Positions 19,350-29,974 are shown, counted from the stretch's first letter. The stretch: DNA of 64,000 bases from Waterburya sp. (GCA_965217895.1 CBDCJV010000002.1:2080001-2144000); one strand, 5' to 3'. Notes: generated from the sequence alone by a model not told the origin. Translations and numbers: made by a program.

Positions 19350-21875
19350 TTAAAATCCAATAATTATCTGCCACATAGCTACAGCTAAAACTATGGTGGC
19401 TAGATGCTGGGGTAATAGATACTTGAATTGTTGACGAGCAATCTTTTGGGTCAACAAAATAGATAACAATACGCCAAAAATTAAAGAGCATCCTTGCAAA
19501 AAAGCAATTACTGCGGGATCGGCAATCAAGATCGGAAAACCTGCACCATCTAAGCCAAAGGTTGCCATCGTTACGGGTAATATTTTTCCTCCTTCTGCTA
19601 AACCCAAGCGGAGATAATGAGCTAAGTTACCTGCCAACACCAAAGGTAAATAACCATAAGCCAGTTCAACAAACTTGCGGGGTTTATATTTATTATTTAA
19701 TTTACCCACAAGTTCGGATGCGATTTGCGCCAGCAGAGGCACAGCCAGGGGTAGACTCAAAGCAATAACGGATACTAAAGCATGATTGCCAAATTGCTCA
19801 AGGTGTAGGCTAGTACCTAGTCGAGCTGATATTTCTGGTAAACGGTGTAAAAAAACCACGTTTAACAAGAGGAACAACAAAGCTACTTCATAACTGTGGG
19901 GAATGTGGGTTGTCCATAGTTCAATTCCAGGGGGACGCAGGTTAACTTCGACTGAGCGATGGGGACAGGCTTTTAAACAAGTCATACACAATACACAGTC
20001 TTTGTTATCCATTAGCTGTGCAGGATGGGAGTACAAAGGACAGCCATTGGTTTCTTGTCCCTCTCCTTTGGCTGGGCCTCCTTTGTAGCATTGATAGGTA
20101 GTGCATTCTGCCGAGCAAGTACCCTGTTGCGCTCGCAATTCCGTCATGGAAAGTTTGGCAAACAAGCCATTCATCCCGCCGATAGGACAAAGATAGCGAC
20201 ACCAAAAACGACGTTCAAAGATGGCAGAAAAGATCATTGCTCCTGCGGTAATTAGTAGCAGTAAGCAAGCGGAAAGATAGGCGGTGTTTTCTAAATTCCA
20301 TAGTTCTTCCCAAAGCAAAATTAGGGCAAACAAACCAAATAAAAACCAGCCACCCCATTTTTCCGCAGTATTTCTTGGCCATCTTTTAAGCTGTCGTGGA
20401 AACAGAATTAGCGATAGCTTTTGGGTGATTTCGCCATAAATCATAAAAGGACATACGGCGCACCATAATCTTCCCACAAAGGGAAAAGCAACTAAAATTA
20501 GGGGCCACCACCAAGCCCAAAATAAGTTTAGAGCAAAGTTATGCTGACGGTTTTGGGGAGCTAGAAAAAGGACTAAAACAATAAAGGCAAAGAAGCTGGC
20601 GGTAAAGCCATAATTAATCTTGTCAGGATACCAGTCGCTACGCAGGAAGTAACGTAGCTTGGGATATTTATTAAGGAGATTTAGGCGATACTGTTTCTTT
20701 TTACTTTGAGAGTGCCAAACAACTTCTTCGGTAATGTCATCACAACCCTGTAGCTGAGTTAAAGCTCGCTCGATGAGACTTTCTAGTTCCCTGAGATTGT
20801 TAGGAAAATCATAAGCCTGAAGGTTTCTGATTGCTTCGGGAGTTATCTTGGTTTTTCGCAGACATTTGTTGCGTCCAATCAGATTTAGATAATAATTGAT
20901 CTGCTCATCTAAATCAGTTTTTCGGACTCTTAGGGGAGGAACTTTGATCAAATTGGCGACTACAGAGTCGATCGCCTGTACAGTTTGTTCAGAAATGAGA
21001 ATTATTCTGGCTTGGGAAGTTTGTACTTGCGGGATATCTCCCCCAGGACGCATTACAGGAGTATATTGATTATCTTTAATTAAAGTGGCGATCGCATCTA
21101 TTAATTCAGTAGGTAATAAATGTATATTATTTAAGACTAAAGTTCCTCTGTCTAAGCTGGCAATTAGTCCAGGCTTCCCACCGCTACGACCAAATAACTC
21201 TGCACCACTAGTTTGTAATTTTGCACAATCAACTTTAATAATTGGCTGACGACGATTGGCTGAACCAAAATGAATTAAAGCTGCTGTATTATCCTTTTCT
21301 AATCCTGGTTCACCAAAAATTAGTACCGAGTCTCTAGTTTGAGCAGCCGCTTTAATTTGCGATCGCAATCTAGCTGCATAACGGCTTTTACCAATTATTC
21401 CCCGTCTAGCTTTACTAACTAGATAAGGTCTTAAAGTTATCTGACGCTCTTGTTCAAACTGAAGCTTATCTGATAGTTCTCTAACCTCTGTAGCTAACTG
21501 CTGGGAAAAAGTCTGAGCAATTGCGGGGTATTGCTCAATTAATTTTTGAAACTCTGCCGCCTCTAGAAACCAAATCTTGGCTTCACTAACAGTCTCGACC
21601 GTATATTGCGTCGGCCGATCTAACAACAGAGCATATAAATTCAGTACTGTCCCTGATAATAAGCTGCTGGGACGTGACTCTGATTGACTATCGCTTAATA
21701 CTTTTCCTGTATGAATAATATACAGCCCATCAGGCTGGGTATCTTCAGTAATAACGATCTCGTCTGTGGCAATTGTTTGTTCAGATAACAAATATGCGAT
21801 CGCCTCTAAAACTTCTAATGATAAATTACCCAGACAAGTTTTCTGCTGTAGAAAAGAAACTAGATCAGAATTCAT
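19350..21875 (-). CDS. cNMP-binding + degenerate sigma54-activator AAA+ + membrane 4Fe-4S (NapH/MauN-like) fusion protein
   Basis: N-terminal CAP-like domain; GEPGLEKD, VPPLRVR, NLRELE; GRLWCAVCP, WCRYLCP, CVLCMTCLKACP; several TM segments. Confidence 0.85.
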   Translation of the reverse strand: MNSDLVSFLQQKTCLGNLSLEVLEAIAYLLSEQTIATDEIVITEDTQPDGLYIIHTGKVLSDSQSESRPSSLLSGTVLNLYALLLDRPTQYTVETVSEAKIWFLEAAEFQKLIEQYPAIAQTFSQQLATEVRELSDKLQFEQERQITLRPYLVSKARRGIIGKSRYAARLRSQIKAAAQTRDSVLIFGEPGLEKDNTAALIHFGSANRRQPIIKVDCAKLQTSGAELFGRSGGKPGLIASLDRGTLVLNNIHLLPTELIDAIATLIKDNQYTPVMRPGGDIPQVQTSQARIILISEQTVQAIDSVVANLIKVPPLRVRKTDLDEQINYYLNLIGRNKCLRKTKITPEAIRNLQAYDFPNNLRELESLIERALTQLQGCDDITEEVVWHSQSKKKQYRLNLLNKYPKLRYFLRSDWYPDKINYGFTASFFAFIVLVLFLAPQNRQHNFALNLFWAWWWPLILVAFPFVGRLWCAVCPFMIYGEITQKLSLILFPRQLKRWPRNTAEKWGGWFLFGLFALILLWEELWNLENTAYLSACLLLLITAGAMIFSAIFERRFWCRYLCPIGGMNGLFAKLSMTELRAQQGTCSAECTTYQCYKGGPAKGEGQETNGCPLYSHPAQLMDNKDCVLCMTCLKACPHRSVEVNLRPPGIELWTTHIPHSYEVALLFLLLNVVFLHRLPEISARLGTSLHLEQFGNHALVSVIALSLPLAVPLLAQIASELVGKLNNKYKPRKFVELAYGYLPLVLAGNLAHYLRLGLAEGGKILPVTMATFGLDGAGFPILIADPAVIAFLQGCSLIFGVLLSILLTQKIARQQFKYLLPQHLATIVLAVAMWQIIIGF

Positions 21876-22007
21876 ATTTTAGCCATCACAAGTTAGGTGA
21901 TACCAACCAGATTAGCTTATGCCAGTAAAACAAAGGGCGAAGAAATAAAATTTCTTTTTATTCTTTCGCCCTCAATCCTCATCCCTTATCCCTTAAGGTA
22001 AGTTTAG

Positions 22008-22487
22008 CTATTGCGCCAAACTCCAACCTCTAGTACATTTCACCTTGCCCTGAATCACAGTATTAAGGTATTGCAGTCTAATACCGTACTTATTGCCTAA
22101 TTCTTTGGCTGTGCAATGTTCAGATATATTTCTTTTTTCGTTTTTCCAGCTATAGGCATTTTGATCTAAAGGTATATCTGACCGTTTGGCGGTATTTACT
22201 TCAACGGTCGAAATTAGCTCGGCAACTGAGTTTTCAATTAAAATTACAGGAGCGGTTAGCTTACCGACTTCTGGGTTAGAAGCAGCCAAATTTAATCTTT
22301 TAGTACCATCTTTTACAGTTAGCTTCTTCATCCCAAATCGGCTTGTAGCACCATCAGTAGTAAAAATAATCGGCGAAGTTACACCAGATTGCAAAAGACT
22401 TTGGACTAATTCGGGGTCTGTATAATTTTCTGTGGGAACTAAAAGTGCCAGATCTTTGAGGGTAGCTTGATAGGTGATCTTTTTCAT
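22008..22487 (-). CDS. Hypothetical protein, possible ParB/Srx-like N-terminus and NUMOD1-like C-terminal DNA-binding motif
   Basis: Likely ATG at 22487; SLLQSGVTSPII...VKDGTKRL; C-terminal YGIRLQYLNTVIQGKVKCTRGWSL. Confidence 0.5.
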   Translation of the reverse strand: MKKITYQATLKDLALLVPTENYTDPELVQSLLQSGVTSPIIFTTDGATSRFGMKKLTVKDGTKRLNLAASNPEVGKLTAPVILIENSVAELISTVEVNTAKRSDIPLDQNAYSWKNEKRNISEHCTAKELGNKYGIRLQYLNTVIQGKVKCTRGWSLAQ

Positions 22488-23421
22488 AGTTAACTTGTTT
22501 TTGTCACTATTGATTAAGAGAATGTTTACGCCAAATATTCTTAAGCGTGAAATTAATGATGATTGAATAGTACCTAATAGATTCAACATCAACTTTGCTT
22601 TCCTCTAAACAGCCTAATATAGGCGTTTTTTTGAGAAATTTATGATACTTAGATGAAGAAAACGATTTGCTGATTTGCTAAAGTTCACCAAGAAATTTAT
22701 CAGTTACTGCTCATCATACATTTAAGAATTTTCTAACTGTAAACTCTCCTAGGTGAGTGGATGTCCTTAGACACATTGTATTCATCTCAGCAATTTTACT
22801 CATCCGTATTTTTACTGTTTTTAAGTATTATTCGGCAACATTTGCTCAAAGACGACAGCCGTGATTTATAGAAAGCAAGCTTCTTGCTTGATAATCGACT
22901 TGTTTGATAATTAACAGCTAGATAGCAAAATCGAGATTAATTTCCATATATCTATAAAGTATACAAAGTATCTAGAGCAAAAATTAGTTCGGGCTTCAGA
23001 TAACAAGAAAAGCTGAGTATAATGATAAATCGCTCATTTGTACAACATTATTAGTACACTAAAAAACAAATTATGTACTAAAATGAATTTTGATCCATTT
23101 TAGCTATTGGTTAGGTTAAGTTTTCTTTTGATTGTCTATGACAAGCCGAATCTATACCTATTATTATAAAAATGCTATTGCCAGTCATTATATGCTATTA
23201 ATCTGCATTCATAAATAGCATTCACTAAATTTATTTGTCCTTTTAAGTATTGATTTTTTTAGTAACTAATCGAATGAACCTTGATTTTTTCATAAAGACT
23301 AATTGTTAATAAGAAGATTTTTATTGCCGATAGTAATTAAAGCATTTTTAAAATAAAAAATTGCCTAGTTGGTCTAATTTAGGAAATTGTCTTTTATCGC
23401 CAAAGTAAAAGGGAAATAATC

Positions 23422-25644
23422 ATGAAGTCTAAGAATCAAATTCTATGTTTAAAATCGCCTAAACAAAAGCTGATTCAAATCATACATAACGTGCCACTGT
23501 GCTTAGCAATAGCAGCACCAATTATTATTGATATCGGCATTACCTATAGCTTAATAAAATACTTTTCTTTTGATAGAGATCGACAAACCATAGAGAATAT
23601 AGCTAAACAAGCACAAAATCAAATTAGCGATCGCCTATTTTTACATCTGAATAAATACTTAAGTAAAAATAGGGATCGACGCTCAGAGATTATTTCTAAC
23701 TCAGATCTAACTAAGTCAAATTTACCCAAGATTTTGCAGCAGGTAGACGTTCCCTTTACGGCAAAAGTCCTGATTATCCGAAAAAATACGGTTGTAGCTA
23801 CTAATTTTCAGCAGCAAATTAACAGCAATCAAGCAATTATCAAGGCATTGAAACAATCGTTGTCTGAAATAGAAGATATTGAGGGTAAGCCTTTTAGGTT
23901 TACAGCTAAACAGCAGAATTTTTGGGGGCAGATATATCCTTGGCAGCATCAAGGTGGTCAAGACAAGCTAATAGTAGTAATACCTGAATTCTTGCTAGCT
24001 AGCTATGTTGCGATTAAGCCTGAAGAACAAACAAAGCAATATCAATATTTAGCTTATTTATTACCGACAATCTTATTAGGAATAATAGCCTATATTTGGA
24101 TTAAACACAGCTTCAATCGATTACAGCAAGTTTCACAGGTAGTAGGAGTAGATGCTGAATCTGACGACTTTTTTCAGACAAAACCTATTGTGAGCGTTGA
24201 TAAATCTTTAAAACAAATTGCTGCTCAACCAGAGGCAATATCTCAATCTACGACAAACTCTCTTTTGATAGATATGAGCCATGAGTTGCGATCGCCTTTA
24301 AATGCCATTTTAGGATTCGCGCAGATCATGCAGCAAGAATCATCCCTGACGCGATCGCAGCAAGAAAATATGACAATTATTAATCACAGTGGCAAGCGGA
24401 TGTTGTCAACGATTAATGACTTAGTAGACTTGTCTAAAATTGAAAATAATTGTCTGGTTTTAGCCAAAGATAGCTTCGATCTTTATCTTTGGCTTGATAG
24501 TTTTGAATGCAGCCTCAGACATAAAGCAAATAATCAAGGTTTAGACATTTCTCTAATTAAACATTCTCAGCTACCACAATATATTTGCGCCGACGAAAGG
24601 AGATTACGTCAGATCTTGACTAATTTAGTCAGCTATTGCTTAAAACACAATCAGAGCGAATCAATAATTGTTCAAATAAGTTCTTCTGCCATTGATTTAG
24701 ACTCGATTGAATCTAAGCTGCAAAATCTTCATTTTGTCATCGAAAATCTTAATTTCTCTTTTGCTTTACTAGAGCTTGTAGACTTATTCGATCCTCTCGT
24801 CAGCGTTCGCCAAAAAGGCAAGTTTTACGATCAAAGCCCCTTAAGTTTGCCTATTAGCCGTCAGCTAGCAAAACTAATGAAAGGGGACATAACCGTTGAG
24901 CATGACAACCATCGACAAGGAAGAATGATCTTTCGCTTAGATTTGGCGATTGAAGTAGTTACTAGTCAAGAAGTGGAGATTAAGGCTGAATCTTCTCCTC
25001 AAAAAGTTATTAGTCTAGAGGTAGAGCAGCCCCATTACCGAGTTCTAGTTGTGGATGATTCTAAAACCAACCGTAAAGTTTTGGCACAGATATTAGAAAA
25101 AGTAGGCTTTGAAATTCAAGAAGCAGCTAACGGCAAAGAAGCAGTTGATATCTGGCTGCGCTGGCAACCTCACATGATTTGGATGGATATCCAAATGCCC
25201 GTGATGAATGGTTATGAGGCTACAAAGCAAATTAAATCTTCCCCTCAGTCCAAAATACCGATTGTGGCATTTTCCGCTAGCAGCTTAGAAGAAGAGCGAT
25301 CGCTATACCAAGCTTCAGGATGTGATGACTTTGTAGAGAAACCTTTCTCAGAAAATATTATCTTTGAGAAGATTGCTCAACATTTAGGAGTGCGTTATGT
25401 TTATCAATCGATAACACCTTCACCCAGCAGCTTCAGATTAACTGCAAATGCTTTGAGAGTTATGCCCGATAGCTGGATCGAGCAGTTAGAAGACGCAGCA
25501 GCAGCATTAGACGACAAGTTATTAACTCAACTATTACAAGAAATTCCCCCAGAACATTCCAATCTGCAAGATGCACTGCAAAAACAGGTCAACAATTTTG
25601 ATTTTGATCGAATTCTTGATTTAGCTCAAGAGAAAAACTCATAG
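23422..25644 (+). CDS. Membrane hybrid histidine kinase-like protein with degenerate HATPase domain
   Basis: Two TM segments, H-box MSHELRSPLNAILGF, intact receiver (VDD, MDIQMP, KPF); N, G1 and G2 boxes lost. Confidence 0.85.
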   Translation: MKSKNQILCLKSPKQKLIQIIHNVPLCLAIAAPIIIDIGITYSLIKYFSFDRDRQTIENIAKQAQNQISDRLFLHLNKYLSKNRDRRSEIISNSDLTKSNLPKILQQVDVPFTAKVLIIRKNTVVATNFQQQINSNQAIIKALKQSLSEIEDIEGKPFRFTAKQQNFWGQIYPWQHQGGQDKLIVVIPEFLLASYVAIKPEEQTKQYQYLAYLLPTILLGIIAYIWIKHSFNRLQQVSQVVGVDAESDDFFQTKPIVSVDKSLKQIAAQPEAISQSTTNSLLIDMSHELRSPLNAILGFAQIMQQESSLTRSQQENMTIINHSGKRMLSTINDLVDLSKIENNCLVLAKDSFDLYLWLDSFECSLRHKANNQGLDISLIKHSQLPQYICADERRLRQILTNLVSYCLKHNQSESIIVQISSSAIDLDSIESKLQNLHFVIENLNFSFALLELVDLFDPLVSVRQKGKFYDQSPLSLPISRQLAKLMKGDITVEHDNHRQGRMIFRLDLAIEVVTSQEVEIKAESSPQKVISLEVEQPHYRVLVVDDSKTNRKVLAQILEKVGFEIQEAANGKEAVDIWLRWQPHMIWMDIQMPVMNGYEATKQIKSSPQSKIPIVAFSASSLEEERSLYQASGCDDFVEKPFSENIIFEKIAQHLGVRYVYQSITPSPSSFRLTANALRVMPDSWIEQLEDAAAALDDKLLTQLLQEIPPEHSNLQDALQKQVNNFDFDRILDLAQEKNS

Positions 25645-25692
25645 GCACTAGCCAATCTTACACACTTTCATCTTTTACACACACAAAAAACG

Positions 25693-27558
25693 ATGATTTC
25701 TTTTCCCACTCAAGACATCAATATTCTAATTGTGGATGACATGGCTGATAATTTGAAAGTTCTCGCCAATACTCTGAGTGAGCAAGGCTATCAAGTACGC
25801 TGTGCTAAAAATGGTTCGACAGCATTACGAGGTGCAAGTACAATTTTGCCCGATTTAATTTTGCTAGACATAAAAATGCCCGATCTAGATGGCTACGAAG
25901 TTTGTCAAAGACTTAAGGCAGATATTTTAACCTGTAATATACCCGTAATTTTCTTAAGTGCCTTAGATGACGTATTGGACAAGGTTAGAGCATTTGAAGT
26001 TGGGGGGGTAGACTTTATCAGTAAACCAATTCAGGTCAAAGAAGTACTGGTGCGGGTTAAAAATCAAATTGCCCTCCAGTTAGCCAACGCTAAAATATCT
26101 CAGTTAAACCAAGAGTTAGAAATAAGAGTTCAGCAGCGTACAATTGAGCTAAAAACAGTTAATCAAAGCCTCATTAGAGAAATCAATGAGCGTCAGAGAA
26201 TTCAGGAAAAGTTGGTTTACGATTCTCTCCACGATGGTTTGACGGGGTTGGGTAACCGTAGCTTATTAATGGAAAGAGTTGAGTGGACTATTAAACACGC
26301 CCAACGTCATCCAGATTATATGTATGCCCTATTATTTATCGATCTTGATCGCTTTAAAGTAATTAACGATAGCTTAGGTCATTCAACTGGCGATCAATTA
26401 TTAATTGCGGTGGCAAATTTACTGCAAAAATGTCTACGAGAAAATGACCTAGTAGCACGTTTAGGAGGAGATGAATTTGTTATTTTATTAGACGGCATTA
26501 GCAGTATTGAAGATGCAACGATGATCGGCGATCGCATTCAACGAAAATTGCGATCGCCTTTTGAACTGAAAGGTCAAAATATTTTTACTAGTGCCAGTAT
26601 TGGCATCGTCTTTAGTTCACCCAACTACAGTAACGCAGCGGAATTGCTGAGAGACGCTGATATTGCCATGTATCGTGCCAAAGCTAAAGGAAAATCGCGT
26701 TATGAAATTTTTGACATGGCTATGTACCAAGAGACTCTAAAGCTATTAGAGTTAGAAAATTGTTTGCGTCAGGCTGTCAAACGTAATGAATTTGTGCTTC
26801 ACTACCAGCCAATTATTTCTTTAAGCCATAGTAAATTAGTTGGCTTTGAAGCTTTAATTCGTTGGCAACATCCTACTAAGGGTTCTATTTCTCCTATTGA
26901 TTTTATTCCCATTGCCGAAGACACGGGCTTAATTTTAGAAATTGGCGAGTGGTTACTAAAAGAAGCTTGTCGACAGCTAAAGCAGTGGCAACAACAGTTT
27001 GCTCAGATTCCTCAAATTGCTTCTCTCAAAATGAATGTTAATATAGCCAGTCAGCAGTTACAACAACCAGAGTTTATTCAAAAGCTAGATCGCATACTAC
27101 AAGAAACTGGTTTAAACGGTAACTGTTTGCGTTTAGAGATTACAGAAAGCGTATTGATCGATCCAGAAGGAGGTATACAAGATACCCTTAAGCAAATTAG
27201 AGAGCGAAATATCAAGCTCAGTATTGATGATTTTGGGACTGGTTATTCATCTTTAAGTTATTTACGCCAATTTCCCATTGATAATTTAAAAATAGATCGC
27301 TCTTTTATCGAACAAATGAACTATGATTCAGAAAACTTGGAGATTGTTAGAGTAATTATTACTTTAGCCAAAACTTTAGGCATGGATGCTATTTCTGAGG
27401 GGGTAGAAACACCTCAGCAACTCCAGCAGCTAAAAGCCTTTGGATGCGAATTTGGTCAGGGATTTTTATTTTCTAGACCTTTACCCTCTATTGGAGTTGA
27501 ATCAATGCTAGCTCACTATCCAAGATCGTTTAATGAAAATTACCCTCATTTTAACTGA
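25693..27558 (+). CDS. REC-GGDEF-EAL diguanylate cyclase/phosphodiesterase
   Basis: LLDIKMP receiver, REND I-site, GGDEF, EAL, DDFGTGYSS. Confidence 0.96.
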   Translation: MISFPTQDINILIVDDMADNLKVLANTLSEQGYQVRCAKNGSTALRGASTILPDLILLDIKMPDLDGYEVCQRLKADILTCNIPVIFLSALDDVLDKVRAFEVGGVDFISKPIQVKEVLVRVKNQIALQLANAKISQLNQELEIRVQQRTIELKTVNQSLIREINERQRIQEKLVYDSLHDGLTGLGNRSLLMERVEWTIKHAQRHPDYMYALLFIDLDRFKVINDSLGHSTGDQLLIAVANLLQKCLRENDLVARLGGDEFVILLDGISSIEDATMIGDRIQRKLRSPFELKGQNIFTSASIGIVFSSPNYSNAAELLRDADIAMYRAKAKGKSRYEIFDMAMYQETLKLLELENCLRQAVKRNEFVLHYQPIISLSHSKLVGFEALIRWQHPTKGSISPIDFIPIAEDTGLILEIGEWLLKEACRQLKQWQQQFAQIPQIASLKMNVNIASQQLQQPEFIQKLDRILQETGLNGNCLRLEITESVLIDPEGGIQDTLKQIRERNIKLSIDDFGTGYSSLSYLRQFPIDNLKIDRSFIEQMNYDSENLEIVRVIITLAKTLGMDAISEGVETPQQLQQLKAFGCEFGQGFLFSRPLPSIGVESMLAHYPRSFNENYPHFN

Positions 27559-27574
27559 AATTATATTTACTCTA

Positions 27575-28774
27575 TTATTCTCCATATAGAGGAACAAGCC
27601 CTGCTTTTCTAACTATTGCTTGACCTTCACGAGACAGTAACATCTGGGCATAGGCTTTCCCTGCCAACTGATCGGGAGTTCCATCTTGACGAATAACTAA
27701 GAACAATCTTCGCGTCAGGGGATAATTACCGCTTTTAAATATCCTTAAGTTAGGCTTTCCTGCTATCAAGGGATTCATGTAGTTGCTCGAATTTCCCTCA
27801 GCCAAACCAAATACTTTAATTAATTGCTGATTTTGGACTAAAGATGAAGAGGCAAAAGATATTGTCCCAGGCGTGGCGATTACTTTGCGCAAAGCAAGAG
27901 TATAGTTAGAGACATATTCAGTTGCTGAAGGAATCTTAGCAGCATTATCTAAGTTCAATAGCTCAATATCCTCTGGACTAAGTAAAACTGGAGTTATCGG
28001 CAGATCCTGGTTTCCTAACTGTTTCCAATTAGTAATTTTGCCAGTGAAAATATTCCTAACCTGGTCTAAACTCAAGCCTTTATTGGGAATCTGATTATTT
28101 CCAAAAATGACAATACCGTCAATAGCAATGGGAACTTGTTGTAGTTTCATGTCCCGTAAGCGTGCTTGAGAATATTCTTGATCGACTAAAGGGCGACCAT
28201 TAAAAGCAAAGCTGAGTTCGCCATCCAACAGCATCTTAATGCCATTGCTATAGCTTTGGTCATTGTTTCGAGGTTTAGTATACCTCAGATCAAAGTTAGG
28301 GTGTTCCAAGACCATGGCATCATTCATACCATGAGCCACTAAAGAAGCAAAATATAGTGCGCCTCCATAGCTAAACAATCCGTCGGGTACATCTGGTACT
28401 TGACTCATAGAGTCGTAAAGAGCCAGACTATCTCCCTGAGCAGAAGTGATGTAGCTAGGTTGGCGAGAAATAAAATAATTAACCCAAAGAGCGATCGCAA
28501 TTCCCAAAACCGCTAAACCACTAAGCACGCTTGGCTTTTGAAGCTCCTGCCTGAAACTATTTGCTGAGGACTTAGGTATATTTGCTCGTTGAGGCTTAAC
28601 TACGGGCGGTTTTGTAGCTAATGATTTATCAGCATTGGGTTCATCAATGCTTAAGGGATAAAAACAAATCTCACAATAAACGGCAGAATTATGATTTTCA
28701 AAACCGCATTTAGGACAAATATGCTTTTGGTTCTTAAGTGTAAAAGCTTTTCTTTGGTGATTATTTGACTGCAT
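27575..28774 (-). CDS. Zinc-ribbon + TM + PstS-like periplasmic binding domain protein
   Basis: CPKC..CEIC, TM, PIAIDGI, IFTGKITNW, YPLTRRLF. Confidence 0.82.
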   Translation of the reverse strand: MQSNNHQRKAFTLKNQKHICPKCGFENHNSAVYCEICFYPLSIDEPNADKSLATKPPVVKPQRANIPKSSANSFRQELQKPSVLSGLAVLGIAIALWVNYFISRQPSYITSAQGDSLALYDSMSQVPDVPDGLFSYGGALYFASLVAHGMNDAMVLEHPNFDLRYTKPRNNDQSYSNGIKMLLDGELSFAFNGRPLVDQEYSQARLRDMKLQQVPIAIDGIVIFGNNQIPNKGLSLDQVRNIFTGKITNWKQLGNQDLPITPVLLSPEDIELLNLDNAAKIPSATEYVSNYTLALRKVIATPGTISFASSSLVQNQQLIKVFGLAEGNSSNYMNPLIAGKPNLRIFKSGNYPLTRRLFLVIRQDGTPDQLAGKAYAQMLLSREGQAIVRKAGLVPLYGE

Positions 28775-29792
28775 AAGCTTTGATAAAATTTTGATTAAAG
28801 ATTTTGGTTAAACTGGGCTTATTATCAATAGACTTTAATTTATTGACCAAAAAATCGGTGATTTTGAAGGCAGCATAGGGTAAATGTTTCATACTATCTC
28901 CTTCACTAAAAGCTTCCAAGTTCTCCTCAAGGGTAAATATTTTAGTTCCCTCTTTAAATAATTGAAATTCTTCATCGTTTACTCCAGCTCTATCTGCCAA
29001 AATTTTATCGGCTTGGGCAGAATGATCGGACATAAACTGCAAAATGTCAAACCAAGTATCGATTAAAGCCTGTACTTGTTCTGGCTGCTCTTTAATTAAC
29101 TCTTCGGTTACGACCAAAAGATCGGGAATTGCTCCAGGAAATTCTTTGGATGAGGCTATTTCCTTCGATCCTTTTCTTTGCAGCGCATTTAACCAAAAAG
29201 GAGGAAACGCGCCCACTGCATCAGCTTGCCCAGCAACAAAGGCTTCTGCTGCTGCACCAGTTTCAATATCGATGATTTGTACGTCATCCCGGGACATTCC
29301 CTCTTTTTCTAGTGCTAAAGTCAACAGAAAATCATCCACAACCCCCGCCTCAACCGCCACACGCTTATTTTTCAAGTCTTTGACTCCATTAATTCCCGCA
29401 GCAGCAACAATTTTGTCATTACCGGCTGAATTGTCGTTGACCAAAACTGCGACTTCTCCTTTTACTGCATCCACGGCAAAGCTAATTGTATCGTTGAGGG
29501 TTTGACAGTTGCCGTCTATGTAGCCAGAAGCCAAATCTTCCATCGATTTAGTATAGTTGTCGTACCATTTCAGTTCGACATTAGCTCCATTTTTGGTAAA
29601 TAATCCTTCAGATTCGGCGATCGCCCAGGGCCACCAGCCAGCCCAACTGCTATAACCAATTACCACTGCTGGTTTTGTATCCTGAGATGGATTATTAGAA
29701 GCCTTTGACGGTATTTTGTGCCAATTAGTTGTAATTACAAAGCTCAACAATAAAGAAATAGCTAAAAACCAAATTTTCTTTGCCATTTGCAA
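28761..29792 (-). CDS. NitT/TauT (SsuA/NMT1-like) ABC substrate-binding protein
   Basis: GYSSWAGWWPW, TLNDT, DNSAGND, FPGAIPD; signal peptide; no permease adjacent. Confidence 0.85.
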   Translation of the reverse strand: MQMAKKIWFLAISLLLSFVITTNWHKIPSKASNNPSQDTKPAVVIGYSSWAGWWPWAIAESEGLFTKNGANVELKWYDNYTKSMEDLASGYIDGNCQTLNDTISFAVDAVKGEVAVLVNDNSAGNDKIVAAAGINGVKDLKNKRVAVEAGVVDDFLLTLALEKEGMSRDDVQIIDIETGAAAEAFVAGQADAVGAFPPFWLNALQRKGSKEIASSKEFPGAIPDLLVVTEELIKEQPEQVQALIDTWFDILQFMSDHSAQADKILADRAGVNDEEFQLFKEGTKIFTLEENLEAFSEGDSMKHLPYAAFKITDFLVNKLKSIDNKPSLTKIFNQNFIKAYAVK

Positions 29793-29879
29793 GCGTCATT
29801 TGTCGTTATTTGTACTATTGCTTTTCAGAGCTATAGGCTATGAGCATCAATATGAGTTAATTTAGAGGCAATTAATTCA

Positions 29880-29910
29880 CAAGTAGCAAGTAGCAAGTAG
29901 CAAGTAGCAA
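29880..29910 (+). repeat. Heptamer tandem repeat (CAAGTAG)n, STRR-type
   Basis: About 4 copies; reverse-complement run at about 46688-46710. Confidence 0.85.
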
Positions 29911-29974
29911 TTTTACCTCTCGTTAAAACAAGAGGATTGAAACAAAGAAATGTGTTTTATTTTTTTTCGTCTTT

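Noticed and set aside
22593..23421. Hidden array or ncRNA in the long AT-rich intergenic region
   Set aside because: Only short hairpins and GTAC-containing motifs seen, with no periodic repeat; most simply divergent promoters
29044..29505. 153-aa antisense ORF, and similar short shadow ORFs throughout the track
   Set aside because: Lie opposite or inside well-supported genes and lack motifs
29880..29910. CRISPR array
   Set aside because: Simple heptamer tandem repeat without spacers; no repeat-spacer array or cas gene seen in the window
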